IMG/VR virus record: IMGVR_UViG_3300037156_000076
Location: 1 to 50,643 of that record
Length of the DNA: 50,643 nucleotides
Strand: one strand, 5' to 3'
From: a virus
Lineage: Duplodnaviria > Caudoviricetes
Shown here: piece by piece, positions 15,829 through 24,958 of the stretch
Numbering within the stretch: position 1 is the stretch's first letter
Layout of the letters: each line of letters starts with the position of its first letter
Notes under the pieces: model-generated
Told to the model about the DNA's origin: nothing
The model's input: the letters and a program-made list of their open reading frames with translations, nothing else
Databases searched by the model: none
Position numbers and translations under genes: made by a program

Positions 15829-15989
15829 TGACGTGCACGATCAGCGCTCATTACAGGTGGTGGGTAATGCCGTACCTGAAAGCGCTCAAGGCCTTCGCAG
15901 AGATAACCGGCATGACGCCAGATGTCGAAAAGGCTACCGCGCTCATATCGAGGCGAGGCGTGTACATTCAGTTTCGGCTGGCCAAATGA
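15825..15989 (+). CDS. Small hypothetical protein (54 aa)
   Basis: Hand translation MMTCTISAHYRWWVMPYLKAL...; ATGA-coupled at both ends. Confidence 0.6.
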   Translation: MMTCTISAHYRWWVMPYLKALKAFAEITGMTPDVEKATALISRRGVYIQFRLAK

Positions 15990-16306
15990 ACCCATTCACG
16001 AAGTTCCTCGCATGGATTGCGAAACCAAAACCTACCGAGGAAATGAAAATGCCTGAAGATACCGTTGTTGGAGATGTGCAATTCATCTCTGCAGAGCTTA
16101 CCGCCAATGACTTAGCTGCATCGCTGACTGCTGCGCCTACTGATCCAGTGGCAGCCGCCCCGATCACCCAGGCCGCGCCTACCCTGATGACTGGCTTCGT
16201 CAACGAATCCATCTTCGACAAGCTCAAGACGATCCTCGGCGCGCTCGGTCATGAGTTGCCGGTGTTCTTTGATGAGGCTGTAGCTTTGGCGAAGAAAGCG
16301 CTGTGA
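15986..16306 (+). CDS. Hypothetical protein
   Basis: MNPFTKFLAW... with a possible alternative start at MKMPED. Confidence 0.65.
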   Translation: MNPFTKFLAWIAKPKPTEEMKMPEDTVVGDVQFISAELTANDLAASLTAAPTDPVAAAPITQAAPTLMTGFVNESIFDKLKTILGALGHELPVFFDEAVALAKKAL

Positions 16307-16310
16307 TAGT

Positions 16311-16348
16311 TCGCGACACGTTTTGCTGGTTCATGAAACGTGTCGCGA
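16311..16348. repeat. Inverted repeat copy 2 (intergenic)
   Basis: TCGCGACACGTTT-N12-AAACGTGTCGCGA. Confidence 0.85.
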
Positions 16349-16362
16349 CATTGGAGAATTGA

Positions 16363-16602
16363 ATGAAGCTGATCCTGAAACGTGTTGGGCCGGATAGGCG
16401 TCAATTCCATACGGTAGGTGAGCCGGTGAGCACCTCTCGCAATCTCGCTCCGGACATGAGGCCTTGCGGCCTGCACACCGAAGATGGTGAGCCACTGCCG
16501 CGCCAAATGTCTGCAGTACTCAGTAGCGACCATAGCGGCCCAACACTGACAGTCGTGTTCATTGTCGATGGTGACAGCATCGCGGTAGAGGGTGACGCTT
16601 GA
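16363..16602 (+). CDS. Hypothetical protein
   Basis: GGAG RBS, 79 aa. Confidence 0.7.
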   Translation: MKLILKRVGPDRRQFHTVGEPVSTSRNLAPDMRPCGLHTEDGEPLPRQMSAVLSSDHSGPTLTVVFIVDGDSIAVEGDA

Positions 16603-16733
16603 CCAAGAAAAACTGGTCAATCACCACTCCAGGCTACAAACCATTCCCGATGATTCTGCTTGAAGAAGCGCTCGATCATGTGGGTGCGCTGGCATTTGCT
16701 CGGTGTATCTGGCCGGAATGCACAATCGAATAG
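16599..16733 (+). CDS. Small hypothetical protein (44 aa, TTG start)
   Basis: TTGA overlap. MTKKNWSITTPGYKPFPMIL... Confidence 0.5.
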   Translation: MTKKNWSITTPGYKPFPMILLEEALDHVGALAFARCIWPECTIE

Positions 16734-16746
16734 TTGAGGATCTGTA

Positions 16747-16980
16747 ATGGCGAACCCTAACAACACGAAGAAACTAACCGACGGGATTGAATTGTTGGCT
16801 GGTGAGGCAATCTGCTTTCAGCTAACCGCCGAACAGCGAGCACTATCAGAACTGCTTCTGCTTCGGTGTGGTGATACTCGACTGATCGGCAGTCAGATGA
16901 CTGACCAGGCTAGGCTCTGCGGTCAGGCAGTCAAGGCTGCATTTGAAGAGTTGAGCAAGGAAGCCGACTCGAAGGAGTGA
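16747..16980 (+). CDS. Hypothetical protein
   Basis: GAGGA RBS, 77 aa. Confidence 0.65.
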   Translation: MANPNNTKKLTDGIELLAGEAICFQLTAEQRALSELLLLRCGDTRLIGSQMTDQARLCGQAVKAAFEELSKEADSKE

Positions 16981-16984
16981 TGCC

Positions 16985-17650
16985 ATGGCCAGTCCGATCG
17001 ACATCTCTGTTCGCGCCAATGTCAAAGATCTGAGCAAAAAGCTCTCGGCGCTGGCCAATAAGCAGATTGCATTCGCTACGGCGCTGGCACTGACCGAGAT
17101 CGCCAAGGAAGTCCAAGCGGAAGAGATCGCGAACATCAAGGCGACTTTCAAAAAGCCCAGGCTGTTCACCCAACGCTCAGTCGGCATGCGGGGCGCAACC
17201 AAAAGGACATTGACCGCTACCGTCTTCGTTAAGCCCATCGCCGCGAAGTACTTGCAGCCGTATGAGGATGGCGGCGTGCATGTGCTGCCGGGCCAGAAGC
17301 TGCTGAACCCCAAGGACATCAAGCTCGACAGCTTCGGGCAATTGCCACGCCACGTCCTAGAGAAACTACGGGCACGCAAGGACATCTTCATTGGCCCGGT
17401 CAAATCGAAGTCCGGAACGATCAATGGCGTGTGGCAGCGGATACCACCGAAGGATGGGCAGAAGGCAAGGCGCGGCAAAGCAGCAACAGCCGCGCAGCCA
17501 GGTCGCCTCAAGTTGCTGATCAGGTTCGGCGAGGCGCTCGCAGTCAACAAGCGACTCAATTATCGCAGTCGGGCGCAGGCCATCGTTAATAGCAAATTCA
17601 AGTCCGCGTTCGAGACGGCGATGAGCAGGGCGCTGGCCACTGCCAAATAG
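16985..17650 (+). CDS. Basic phage morphogenesis protein (neck/tail-completion, gpZ/gp10-like)
   Basis: KQIAFATALALT...FKKPRLFT...FETAMSRALATAK. Typical of the gene preceding cos/terminase. Confidence 0.7.
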   Translation: MASPIDISVRANVKDLSKKLSALANKQIAFATALALTEIAKEVQAEEIANIKATFKKPRLFTQRSVGMRGATKRTLTATVFVKPIAAKYLQPYEDGGVHVLPGQKLLNPKDIKLDSFGQLPRHVLEKLRARKDIFIGPVKSKSGTINGVWQRIPPKDGQKARRGKAATAAQPGRLKLLIRFGEALAVNKRLNYRSRAQAIVNSKFKSAFETAMSRALATAK

Positions 17651-17662
17651 TGGGATGCAGCG

Positions 17663-18124
17663 ATGATCATCTTCCTCGACATCGATGGTGTGATCTGCAC
17701 CCGCAAGGGCGCCGGATGGACCATCGATGGTCGTCCGCTTTTCCGTAGTCTGATACGTCGTCCAGTACGGGCGATTGATCCAGTTGCAATGCGACACCTC
17801 AACGATCTGTGTGCATGCACGGGCGCTGACGTTGTGGTTTCAAGCATGTGGCGAATTAATCGTGATGTACGAGCGATCTTTACCCGGCGTGGATTCACTG
17901 GGCAATTCCATCAGGACTGGCGCACGGATGCAGATGGTCCGATGCGGTCCGATGAGATTCGCCGCTGGCTTGCTGAGCATGACAATCCGAATCACGTCGT
18001 CATCGATGACCAGATTCAGCAGTTGCTTGAGGTTGCGCACCTGGTGGTGCTGACGAACAACTACTGCGGGCTGACAGGCGCTGACGTGGCGCGTGCCGTG
18101 CAGGTGCTGGTCGGGCAGGGCTGA
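17663..18124 (+). CDS. HAD-superfamily phosphatase (RNA-repair 'Swiss army knife' HAD type)
   Basis: IIFLDIDGVI (motif I), VVVSSMWR (II), RSDEIRRWL (III), VVIDD (IV). Confidence 0.85.
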   Translation: MIIFLDIDGVICTRKGAGWTIDGRPLFRSLIRRPVRAIDPVAMRHLNDLCACTGADVVVSSMWRINRDVRAIFTRRGFTGQFHQDWRTDADGPMRSDEIRRWLAEHDNPNHVVIDDQIQQLLEVAHLVVLTNNYCGLTGADVARAVQVLVGQG

Positions 18125-18194
18125 GGCCTGCGTCTGCCCCAGCGTGGCGCGGGCGAGGGCAGGGCGACCGTCCGTCAGGGTGGACACCCCCCCC

Positions 18195-18295
18195 CTCAGC
18201 GGGTCCCTCCCCGCCCTTCTGGCATCGAGGGCATTGCACAGTTTGCTGCGTCACTAGCTAAAAACTTTTGAAATTTGGGTAACGAGGGTAACGCA
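18195..18295. other. Probable cos packaging region
   Basis: GGGTCCC (cosQ-like) at 18201, just upstream of the small terminase. GGGTAAC repeats at 18277, 18286, 18456 and 18468, and inverted at 18489 (cosB R-site-like). Confidence 0.55.
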
Positions 18296-18837
18296 TGACG
18301 ATCGTTTCCCAAGCGGAGTACGCACGCCTTCGTGGCGTCAGCAAAAAAACCGTAACCCAATGGAAACAAGAGGGAAAACTTGTTTTGGGTGATGGCGGCG
18401 TCGACGTCGAGGCGTCCAACGCGTACCTCCAAAAATATCGCTCGGCTGGCTTGAAGGGTAACTCCAAGGGTAACGCTGAGGCTGTCGCGTTACCCCACGT
18501 ACTCGATGGGGAAACTACCGAGCAAGCGGCGACAAGAATCTTGACGGCGGTCGGTGCCGGCATGTCGCTCGAAGAGGCGAAGCGGGTAAAGGAAAACTAC
18601 CTGGCATTGCTTAGCCAGCTTGAGTACGACCAAAAGTCCGGCGCCGTTGTGCTCGTCTCCGACGTGGCCACTGCCGTAGGCAAAGAATATTCCAGGGTGC
18701 GCACGCGCCTATTGGCAATCCCGGCCGAACAAGCCCCGCGCATCCACCGGCTGAAAACCGTGACCGAAGTGCAAGACGCGCTGCAGGGGCTAATCACGGA
18801 TGCCCTTGAGGAATTAATCAGCGATGGAGGCGACTAG
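18295..18837 (+). CDS. Terminase small subunit (Nu1-like)
   Basis: wHTH SQAEYARLRGVSKKTVTQWK and C-terminal RTRLLAIP. Upstream of GpA. Confidence 0.9.
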   Translation: MTIVSQAEYARLRGVSKKTVTQWKQEGKLVLGDGGVDVEASNAYLQKYRSAGLKGNSKGNAEAVALPHVLDGETTEQAATRILTAVGAGMSLEEAKRVKENYLALLSQLEYDQKSGAVVLVSDVATAVGKEYSRVRTRLLAIPAEQAPRIHRLKTVTEVQDALQGLITDALEELISDGGD

Positions 18838-20776
18838 CAGATATGCCAGTGGCCTGGAGTCTCTCGCACGCGAATTACGCATCGCCCGACTGAAAAACAT
18901 TCAGCCTCCGCCAAAACTGACGTTGAGCGAGTGGGCAGAGCGTTATGCGGTTTTGTCGAAAGAAACGAGCGCCCAGACCGGGCGGTTCCGAGCTTTTCCT
19001 TACCAGATCGGCATCATGGATGCGATCTCCGACCCTTCAGTCTCCACTGTAACGGTGAAGAAATCGGCGCGCGTTGGGTACACCAAGATCCTTGACCACG
19101 TTGTGGGCTATTACATCCATCAGGATCCGTCGCCGATTCTGATGGTCCAGCCCCGGGTCGAGGATGCTGAGGATTACAGTAAGACCGAAATTGCCCCGAT
19201 GCTGCGCGACACCCCTGTTCTGTGTGAACTGACAGGCGATGGCAAGGCGAAGGACAGCAACCAGACCATCCTTAAAAAGACGTTTCTGAACGGTGCCAGT
19301 CTGTCGCTGGTGGGTGCGAACTCACCTGGCGGTTTTCGACGTATCACTTCGCGGATCATCTTGTTCGATGAGGTCAATGGTTATCCCGTCGGCGGTGCCG
19401 GCTCAGAGGGTGACCAGATCGCCCTGGGCACCAAGCGTGGCGAGACGTTCTGGAACCGAAAGGTTGTTATCGGAAGCACCCCGACCGTCAAAGGCTCAAG
19501 CCGCATTGATCGCAGCTGGAGCGAAAGCGACCAACGCCAGTTTCATGTGCCGTGTCCCCACTGTGGTGGAAAACAGGTTCTGGAATGGGGCGGTCCAGAT
19601 ACCCCGTACGGATTCAAATGGGATTCGGACGAGGCAGGTGTCGGGCAGCCGGACACGGTGTTCTACGTGTGCCGGGTCAATGGCTGTGTCATTCGTGATA
19701 TCGACAAGCCTGAAATGGTCGCAGCAGGCGAATGGATCGCTGGTAAGCCATTTTTAGGTCATGCCGGGTTTCATATCTGGGCGGCCTATAGCCTGTTCCC
19801 CAATGCGTCCTGGGTGAATCTGGTCACCGAGTGGCTTCGGGTTAAGGACGATCCACTTGCTCGCCAGACATTCATCAACCTGGTGCTGGGCGAAGATTAC
19901 GAGGACCGCGGTGAAAACGCGCTTGCGGAATCTCGACTGGCTGCTCGTTGCGAAAACTGGGCTGTAGAAGTACCGGATGGCGTTGCAGTGATCACCGCGG
20001 GCGTCGACACCCAGGGCGATCGCTTCGAATGTGAAGTCGTCGGCTGGGGCACGAACGAGGAAAGCTGGTCTATCGATTTTGAAATCATCTCGGGCGATAT
20101 GGAAACGCCCGATATCTGGAATCGGCTTGACGCTTTTTTGAAGCGGATCTGGTACCGGGCAGACGGGCGCGGCTTTGAAGCTATGGCGGTGTGTCATGAC
20201 TCCGGTGGCAACCACGCTCAGAAGGTTTATGACTTTGCTAAGGCTCGCATCGGACGGCGTATTTGGGCTATCAAAGGTGAATCGGCAGTGGGTGGTAAGC
20301 GCTCCCCGGTTTGGCCGACGAAAACCCCTAGCAAGCGGAATAAATCGTCTTTTCGCCCCGTAATTATTGGTGTGAACGCTGCGAAGGACTCGGTTCGATC
20401 ACGTCTGCACCTGACCGAAAAAGGACCGGGCTATATGCACTTCCCGGTTGACCGCGATATCAACTACTTCGCGCAACTGACGTCGGAACGCTCTGTACGC
20501 AAGACGTCAGGCGGTCAGCATTATCGGGTGTGGGAATTACCACCCGGACGCGCTAACGAGGCGCTCGATTGCCGCGTTTATGCCTATGCCGCGCTTTGCG
20601 GACTGCTGCACCTCGGACTGAAGTTGAATAAACGAGCAGACGAAGTGAATGCCCTCATCGGCACCCCCCTTCAAGTGTTACCGAACGAGTCGCATGAAAT
20701 CACAACTGTGGCTGTGCAGCACGCCGCACCTGAAAAACCATCGTCCCGCAAGTCGTCGATTTCACGAATGGCGTAG
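18824..20776 (+). CDS. Terminase large subunit, lambda GpA family
   Basis: KSARVGYTK Walker A, ILFDEV, GSTPT, VPCPHCG, AGVDTQ and NEALDCRVY. Confidence 0.97.
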   Translation: MEATSRYASGLESLARELRIARLKNIQPPPKLTLSEWAERYAVLSKETSAQTGRFRAFPYQIGIMDAISDPSVSTVTVKKSARVGYTKILDHVVGYYIHQDPSPILMVQPRVEDAEDYSKTEIAPMLRDTPVLCELTGDGKAKDSNQTILKKTFLNGASLSLVGANSPGGFRRITSRIILFDEVNGYPVGGAGSEGDQIALGTKRGETFWNRKVVIGSTPTVKGSSRIDRSWSESDQRQFHVPCPHCGGKQVLEWGGPDTPYGFKWDSDEAGVGQPDTVFYVCRVNGCVIRDIDKPEMVAAGEWIAGKPFLGHAGFHIWAAYSLFPNASWVNLVTEWLRVKDDPLARQTFINLVLGEDYEDRGENALAESRLAARCENWAVEVPDGVAVITAGVDTQGDRFECEVVGWGTNEESWSIDFEIISGDMETPDIWNRLDAFLKRIWYRADGRGFEAMAVCHDSGGNHAQKVYDFAKARIGRRIWAIKGESAVGGKRSPVWPTKTPSKRNKSSFRPVIIGVNAAKDSVRSRLHLTEKGPGYMHFPVDRDINYFAQLTSERSVRKTSGGQHYRVWELPPGRANEALDCRVYAYAALCGLLHLGLKLNKRADEVNALIGTPLQVLPNESHEITTVAVQHAAPEKPSSRKSSISRMA

Positions 20777-20785
20777 GAGAAGCTC

Positions 20786-21040
20786 ATGTTCACACCGCGC
20801 CTCAACAATCTCAGCGGCGTTCCACCTGCCACTTTGCAGCAATGGCTTGCTGAAGCGCAGACGGCCCTGCATGAACTCAGTACCGGCGCCAAAGGTGAGT
20901 CGTTCAGCTATACGCAGGGCGACGGTTCCAAGTCTGTGACCTATACCCGTGCCGACCTCGGTGCGCTGCAGTCTCACATTCTCGCGCTGCAATATGCCCT
21001 GGGCATGCGTCGGCGCCGTGCGATACGGCCGGTGTTCTGA
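20786..21040 (+). CDS. Head-tail joining protein gpW-like
   Basis: ALHELSTG...SVTYTRAD...RRRAIR, between terminase and portal. Confidence 0.88.
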   Translation: MFTPRLNNLSGVPPATLQQWLAEAQTALHELSTGAKGESFSYTQGDGSKSVTYTRADLGALQSHILALQYALGMRRRRAIRPVF

Positions 21041-22698
21041 TGACAATGGAAACGGTGATTGTTGACTCTCGCGGGCAACCGCTGACTCCTATGCCGCCCA
21101 AGGCAAAGGGTAATGCCACAACTTTGACCGAGGGTATGGCTGGTCAGTCGGTTTTCCCTTATGAGGCAGCCAGTTGGGCTACTCAGGAGATGGGCAACTG
21201 GCTCCCATGGATCAGATCGCCTGACGCTGAAATCAACCAGTTCCGTGACCGGATGGTGGCTCGCCACCGTGACCTGGTACGAAACGATGGCTTGGCAGCC
21301 GGCGGCATCACCCGAATTCTCGACAACACCGTTGGCGCGTCCCTGCGCTTATCAGCGAACCCTGACTATCGTGCGCTTGCCGCGCTGACCGGTAATAAAA
21401 AGTTTGATTCGGTGTGGGCAGAGGAATATCGCCGCGCCGCTGAGGCGCTTTGGCGCGGATACGCAGACGATATCGGTCGTTATGGCGATGTATCGCGACA
21501 GCTGACGATTTCCCAGCAACTCCGGCTAGCTCTCCGGCACAAGCTCATCGATGGCGATTCGCTGATTGTTTCGTACTGGATGCCGGAGCGAGTTGGTTAC
21601 GGGAAAGCTTCCTACGCAACCGCGTTCATGGTGGTGGACCCGGACAGGCTGTCGAACCCGTTTCAAATGGTTGACAGCAAATACATGCGCGGAGGCGTCG
21701 AAATTGACGAATACGGCGTGCCCACTGCCTACCACATCAGGAAAGCCCACCAAAACGACTGGTACAACTCGGTCGAAAGCATGGATTGGGAGCGAGTGGT
21801 CCGCGAGGACGACGATGGTTGGCATCGAGTAATTCACGATTTTGAGCGTGATCGAGCCGGACAGAATCGAGGTGTTGGCGTTTTCACCCCGGTGCTGGCG
21901 CGCTTCAAGATGCTGGCGCGTTACTACGGCGTTGAACTGCAAGCGGCGACGATTGCTGCAACCTTCGGCACTTATGTAACGAGCCCGTACGATCCAGCGC
22001 AAGTTGCGGAAGCGTTGGATAACACCGATGAACTCTCGGCCTATCAGGGAATGCGCGCGGACTGGCATGAAGAACGCCCGGCGATGCTGTCCGGCGCTCG
22101 AATTCCAACGCTCGCACCAGGTGAGTCGATCACTTCCGTAGGCGCTGCGCATCCACATAACGGCTTCGGAGAATTTGCGGCAGAAATGTCGCGCACGTTC
22201 GCCGCGGCGGCGGGTATTTCCGCCGAGCAGATAACGCAGGATTGGTCAAAAACAAACTACTCAAGTGCGCGTGCCGCCCTGCTCGAAAGCTGGAAGACCC
22301 TTACACGGCGTAATACCGAATTCAAAATCGGTTCCGCCACACCGGTCTATGCGTGTTGGTTGCGCGAGGCGATGGAGCGCAATGATCTACCGCTACCCAA
22401 CGGCGCCCCTGACTTCATGGAAGCCCGTACCGCGTATTCGCGTTGCGATTGGCTGGGTGTCGCACGTGGCTGGGTCGATCCGGTGAAAGAGAAACAAGGT
22501 GCGATCCTTGGCATGGACGCAGGACTGTCCACGCTTAAGCGTGAATGCGCCGAACAAGGCCTCGACTACGAGGAAGTCATCCAGCAACGGGCTGCCGAGG
22601 CTGCTGCGTTCAAAGAGGCGGGTCTGCCGCCACCGAACTGGTTCGGTACAAACGCAACGAACGCTTCGACCCCCGAAGAAACGCAGAGCGCTCAATGA
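21040..22698 (+). CDS. Portal protein, lambda family
   Basis: RDLVRND, RAGQNRGV, NYSSARAALLE and GWVDPVKE motifs. Confidence 0.96.
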   Translation: MTMETVIVDSRGQPLTPMPPKAKGNATTLTEGMAGQSVFPYEAASWATQEMGNWLPWIRSPDAEINQFRDRMVARHRDLVRNDGLAAGGITRILDNTVGASLRLSANPDYRALAALTGNKKFDSVWAEEYRRAAEALWRGYADDIGRYGDVSRQLTISQQLRLALRHKLIDGDSLIVSYWMPERVGYGKASYATAFMVVDPDRLSNPFQMVDSKYMRGGVEIDEYGVPTAYHIRKAHQNDWYNSVESMDWERVVREDDDGWHRVIHDFERDRAGQNRGVGVFTPVLARFKMLARYYGVELQAATIAATFGTYVTSPYDPAQVAEALDNTDELSAYQGMRADWHEERPAMLSGARIPTLAPGESITSVGAAHPHNGFGEFAAEMSRTFAAAAGISAEQITQDWSKTNYSSARAALLESWKTLTRRNTEFKIGSATPVYACWLREAMERNDLPLPNGAPDFMEARTAYSRCDWLGVARGWVDPVKEKQGAILGMDAGLSTLKRECAEQGLDYEEVIQQRAAEAAAFKEAGLPPPNWFGTNATNASTPEETQSAQ

Positions 22699-23558
22699 CA
22701 AATTATCCGCACCTCGCACAAAAGCTGTTCAACGTGCCGCTCGCGATCACTCCGCAAAAAGCTGAAATCGTCATGGCAGCCTTGGCTGACCGCTTCGGTT
22801 TAGCGCGACTCTTTCATGCCGATGGACGATCAGTCGCACTAGATGGATGGGATGGCGATATCGGCGAGCCCGCGCAGGTCAGGGCTTACGAAGTCGTCGC
22901 CGGTATTGCAGTTATTCCGGTGACAGGGACCTTGGTGCAAAAACTTGGCACGCTCCGGCCATACAGTGGCATGACTGGATATGACGGTTTGCGGGCGTGC
23001 CTGAGCATGGCCATGGCCGACGAGGATGTCCGAGGCATTGCGCTTGATATCGACAGCCCTGGCGGTGAAGTCGCGGGATGTTTCGATTTGGCCGATGACA
23101 TCTATCGCGCTCGAGGCTCGAAACCTATCTGGGCCATTCTCACCGAGTCGGCCTATTCAGCGGCTTACGCGTTGGCCAGTGCGTGTGATCGAATCCTGGT
23201 CCCGCGCACGGGTGGCACGGGCAGTGTCGGCGTGATCTGCATGCACGTCGACATGTCCAAGGCACTGGGCGCCGCCGGGGTCAACGTGACATTGATTCAT
23301 TACGGCGATCGCAAGGCGGATGGCTCCGACTCTCAGCCGTTATCCAAAGAAGCGATGTCCCGGTACCAGTCCGACGTTGACGCCATGGGCGAGCTGTTCG
23401 TCAAGACGGTTGCGCGTAACCGCGGTTTGTCAGTCAAGGCTGTGCGGGATACACAGGCCACCACTTTCCTTGGCGCCGACGGCGTCGAGATTGGCTTTGC
23501 TGACGCCGTAATGTCGCCAGACGAAGCGTTTCGTTCCCTGCTCGCCGAGCTGGGTTGA
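22695..23558 (+). CDS. Head maturation protease, S49 (gpC-like)
   Basis: LDIDSPGGEV, AYSAAYALAS and GSVGV. Confidence 0.93.
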   Translation: MTNYPHLAQKLFNVPLAITPQKAEIVMAALADRFGLARLFHADGRSVALDGWDGDIGEPAQVRAYEVVAGIAVIPVTGTLVQKLGTLRPYSGMTGYDGLRACLSMAMADEDVRGIALDIDSPGGEVAGCFDLADDIYRARGSKPIWAILTESAYSAAYALASACDRILVPRTGGTGSVGVICMHVDMSKALGAAGVNVTLIHYGDRKADGSDSQPLSKEAMSRYQSDVDAMGELFVKTVARNRGLSVKAVRDTQATTFLGADGVEIGFADAVMSPDEAFRSLLAELG

Positions 23559-23592
23559 AGTACTCCACTTCACTTAAAAATTGAGGTTTTCA

Positions 23593-24234
23593 ATGTCCAC
23601 ACTTTCCCGCGTGGCGAGCGCGCTTTCGTTCGCGCATTTGGCCGGTATCGGATCAATGAAAGGCAAAAAAGCCGCCGTCGATGATGATGGTGACGATGAC
23701 AAAAAAGCCGCCCGTGCGGGTGGCGATCAGGACGATGACAAAACCAAGGACGATGACCAGGACAAAGACGATAAGTCAGCCAAAGGCACAAAAGCTGAGG
23801 GCGGTGACGATCTCGATAAGGACGATGACAAGGACGACGATGCCGACAAGGACAAAGGCAAAAAGTCGGGTCGAGCCAAGGGCGCTTCGGCAGATGACGA
23901 TGATCCGGACGCTGAGGATGATGAAGATGAGATGCACGGCAAAAGTGCTTCCGCCTCAGCTCGCCGTCGTGAGCGCGCCCGCTGCGCCGCAATCTTCGGC
24001 TCCCGCCATGCCGCACATAACCCGGTTCTGGCAGCAAACCTCGCATTCAACACCTCGATGACTCGCCAGCAGGCGATGGACGTGTTGCGCGATACGCCCG
24101 CCGGTGGCAATGCGAACGCAGGTCGATCTGCTAACAATCCACGGCTTGGTGCTGGTGGTGATGAAGCTCCGTCGCGTGACGTGGCCATCGCTGGTCGCTG
24201 GGACCGCGCCATGTCCAAGGCTCGCGGAAAATAA
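23593..24234 (+). CDS. Scaffolding-like protein (Nu3-like) with D/K-rich low-complexity linker
   Basis: ARRRERARCAAI motif. Position between protease and decoration genes. Confidence 0.75.
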   Translation: MSTLSRVASALSFAHLAGIGSMKGKKAAVDDDGDDDKKAARAGGDQDDDKTKDDDQDKDDKSAKGTKAEGGDDLDKDDDKDDDADKDKGKKSGRAKGASADDDDPDAEDDEDEMHGKSASASARRRERARCAAIFGSRHAAHNPVLAANLAFNTSMTRQQAMDVLRDTPAGGNANAGRSANNPRLGAGGDEAPSRDVAIAGRWDRAMSKARGK

Positions 24235-24252
24235 TCACAGAGGAAACCTTTC

Positions 24253-24900
24253 ATGACTTATGTTCCGCAAACCCCGCTGGTCGAGCAGTACCACAACGCC
24301 GGCTTTCTCATTTCCTTGGCTAACGGTCACCAGTCTATCGACCAAGTGCAGTTCGCCGCCGGTCTCGGGCGCTTATTGCCAGGGTTGATCATCGCTGACG
24401 TTCCGCTGACGTACACCGCCGTGGCTGTAGCAGGTGGTACCAACGTCGGTAACGGCCCCGTTGGCTCTATCACCGCCCAACCACCTGCTTTTGCTGGCGC
24501 GTACGCGCTGCACTTCACTGACGCTACCAACTTCGCCGTTAGCAATCCTGCTGGCGTCGCAGTGGGTGTTGGCCAGGTCGGTATTGCCTTCGGTGGTGGC
24601 GGCCTTGAGTTCGCCATCACCGCTGGCGCAACTCCTTTTGCCGCAAACGATACGTTCGTCGTGACGATTGCGTTTACAGGCGGCGGTTGGATGCCTTTGA
24701 CGGCCACCACCCCAACACCGATCGCATACGCCATTTTACGAGATATGGCTGATGCGACTATCCGGCCTGCTACTTCAGCGGCCGTTGTTCGGTCTGCCGA
24801 GGTGAATCATGGAGAGTTGGTATGGGACTCCAGTCTGAACATCCATCAACAAGATACGGCTCTGGCCGCCCTCAAGCTCGTCGGCATTCTCGCCCGATAA
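24253..24900 (+). CDS. Head decoration protein with inserted beta-rich domain
   Basis: FLISLANGHQSID N-terminus and VVRSAEVN..L.W...ALAALKLVGILAR C-terminus. Confidence 0.85.
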   Translation: MTYVPQTPLVEQYHNAGFLISLANGHQSIDQVQFAAGLGRLLPGLIIADVPLTYTAVAVAGGTNVGNGPVGSITAQPPAFAGAYALHFTDATNFAVSNPAGVAVGVGQVGIAFGGGGLEFAITAGATPFAANDTFVVTIAFTGGGWMPLTATTPTPIAYAILRDMADATIRPATSAAVVRSAEVNHGELVWDSSLNIHQQDTALAALKLVGILAR

Positions 24901-24918
24901 GTCCCGCTTGAAAAAACG

Positions 24919-24946
24919 ACCCGCCTCGGCGGGTTTTTTATTTTTA
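24919..24946 (+). terminator. Terminator-like hairpin before the major capsid gene
   Basis: ACCCGC-CTCG-GCGGGT followed by TTTTTATTTTT. Confidence 0.65.
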
Positions 24947-24958
24947 GGAGTCGTATAC

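Noticed and set aside
18187-18195. C9 homopolymer
   Set aside because: Intergenic near cos, with no gene or promoter evidently switched by it.
23670-23935. GACGATGAC-rich tandem repeats
   Set aside because: Explained by the D/K low-complexity linker of the scaffold-like protein.
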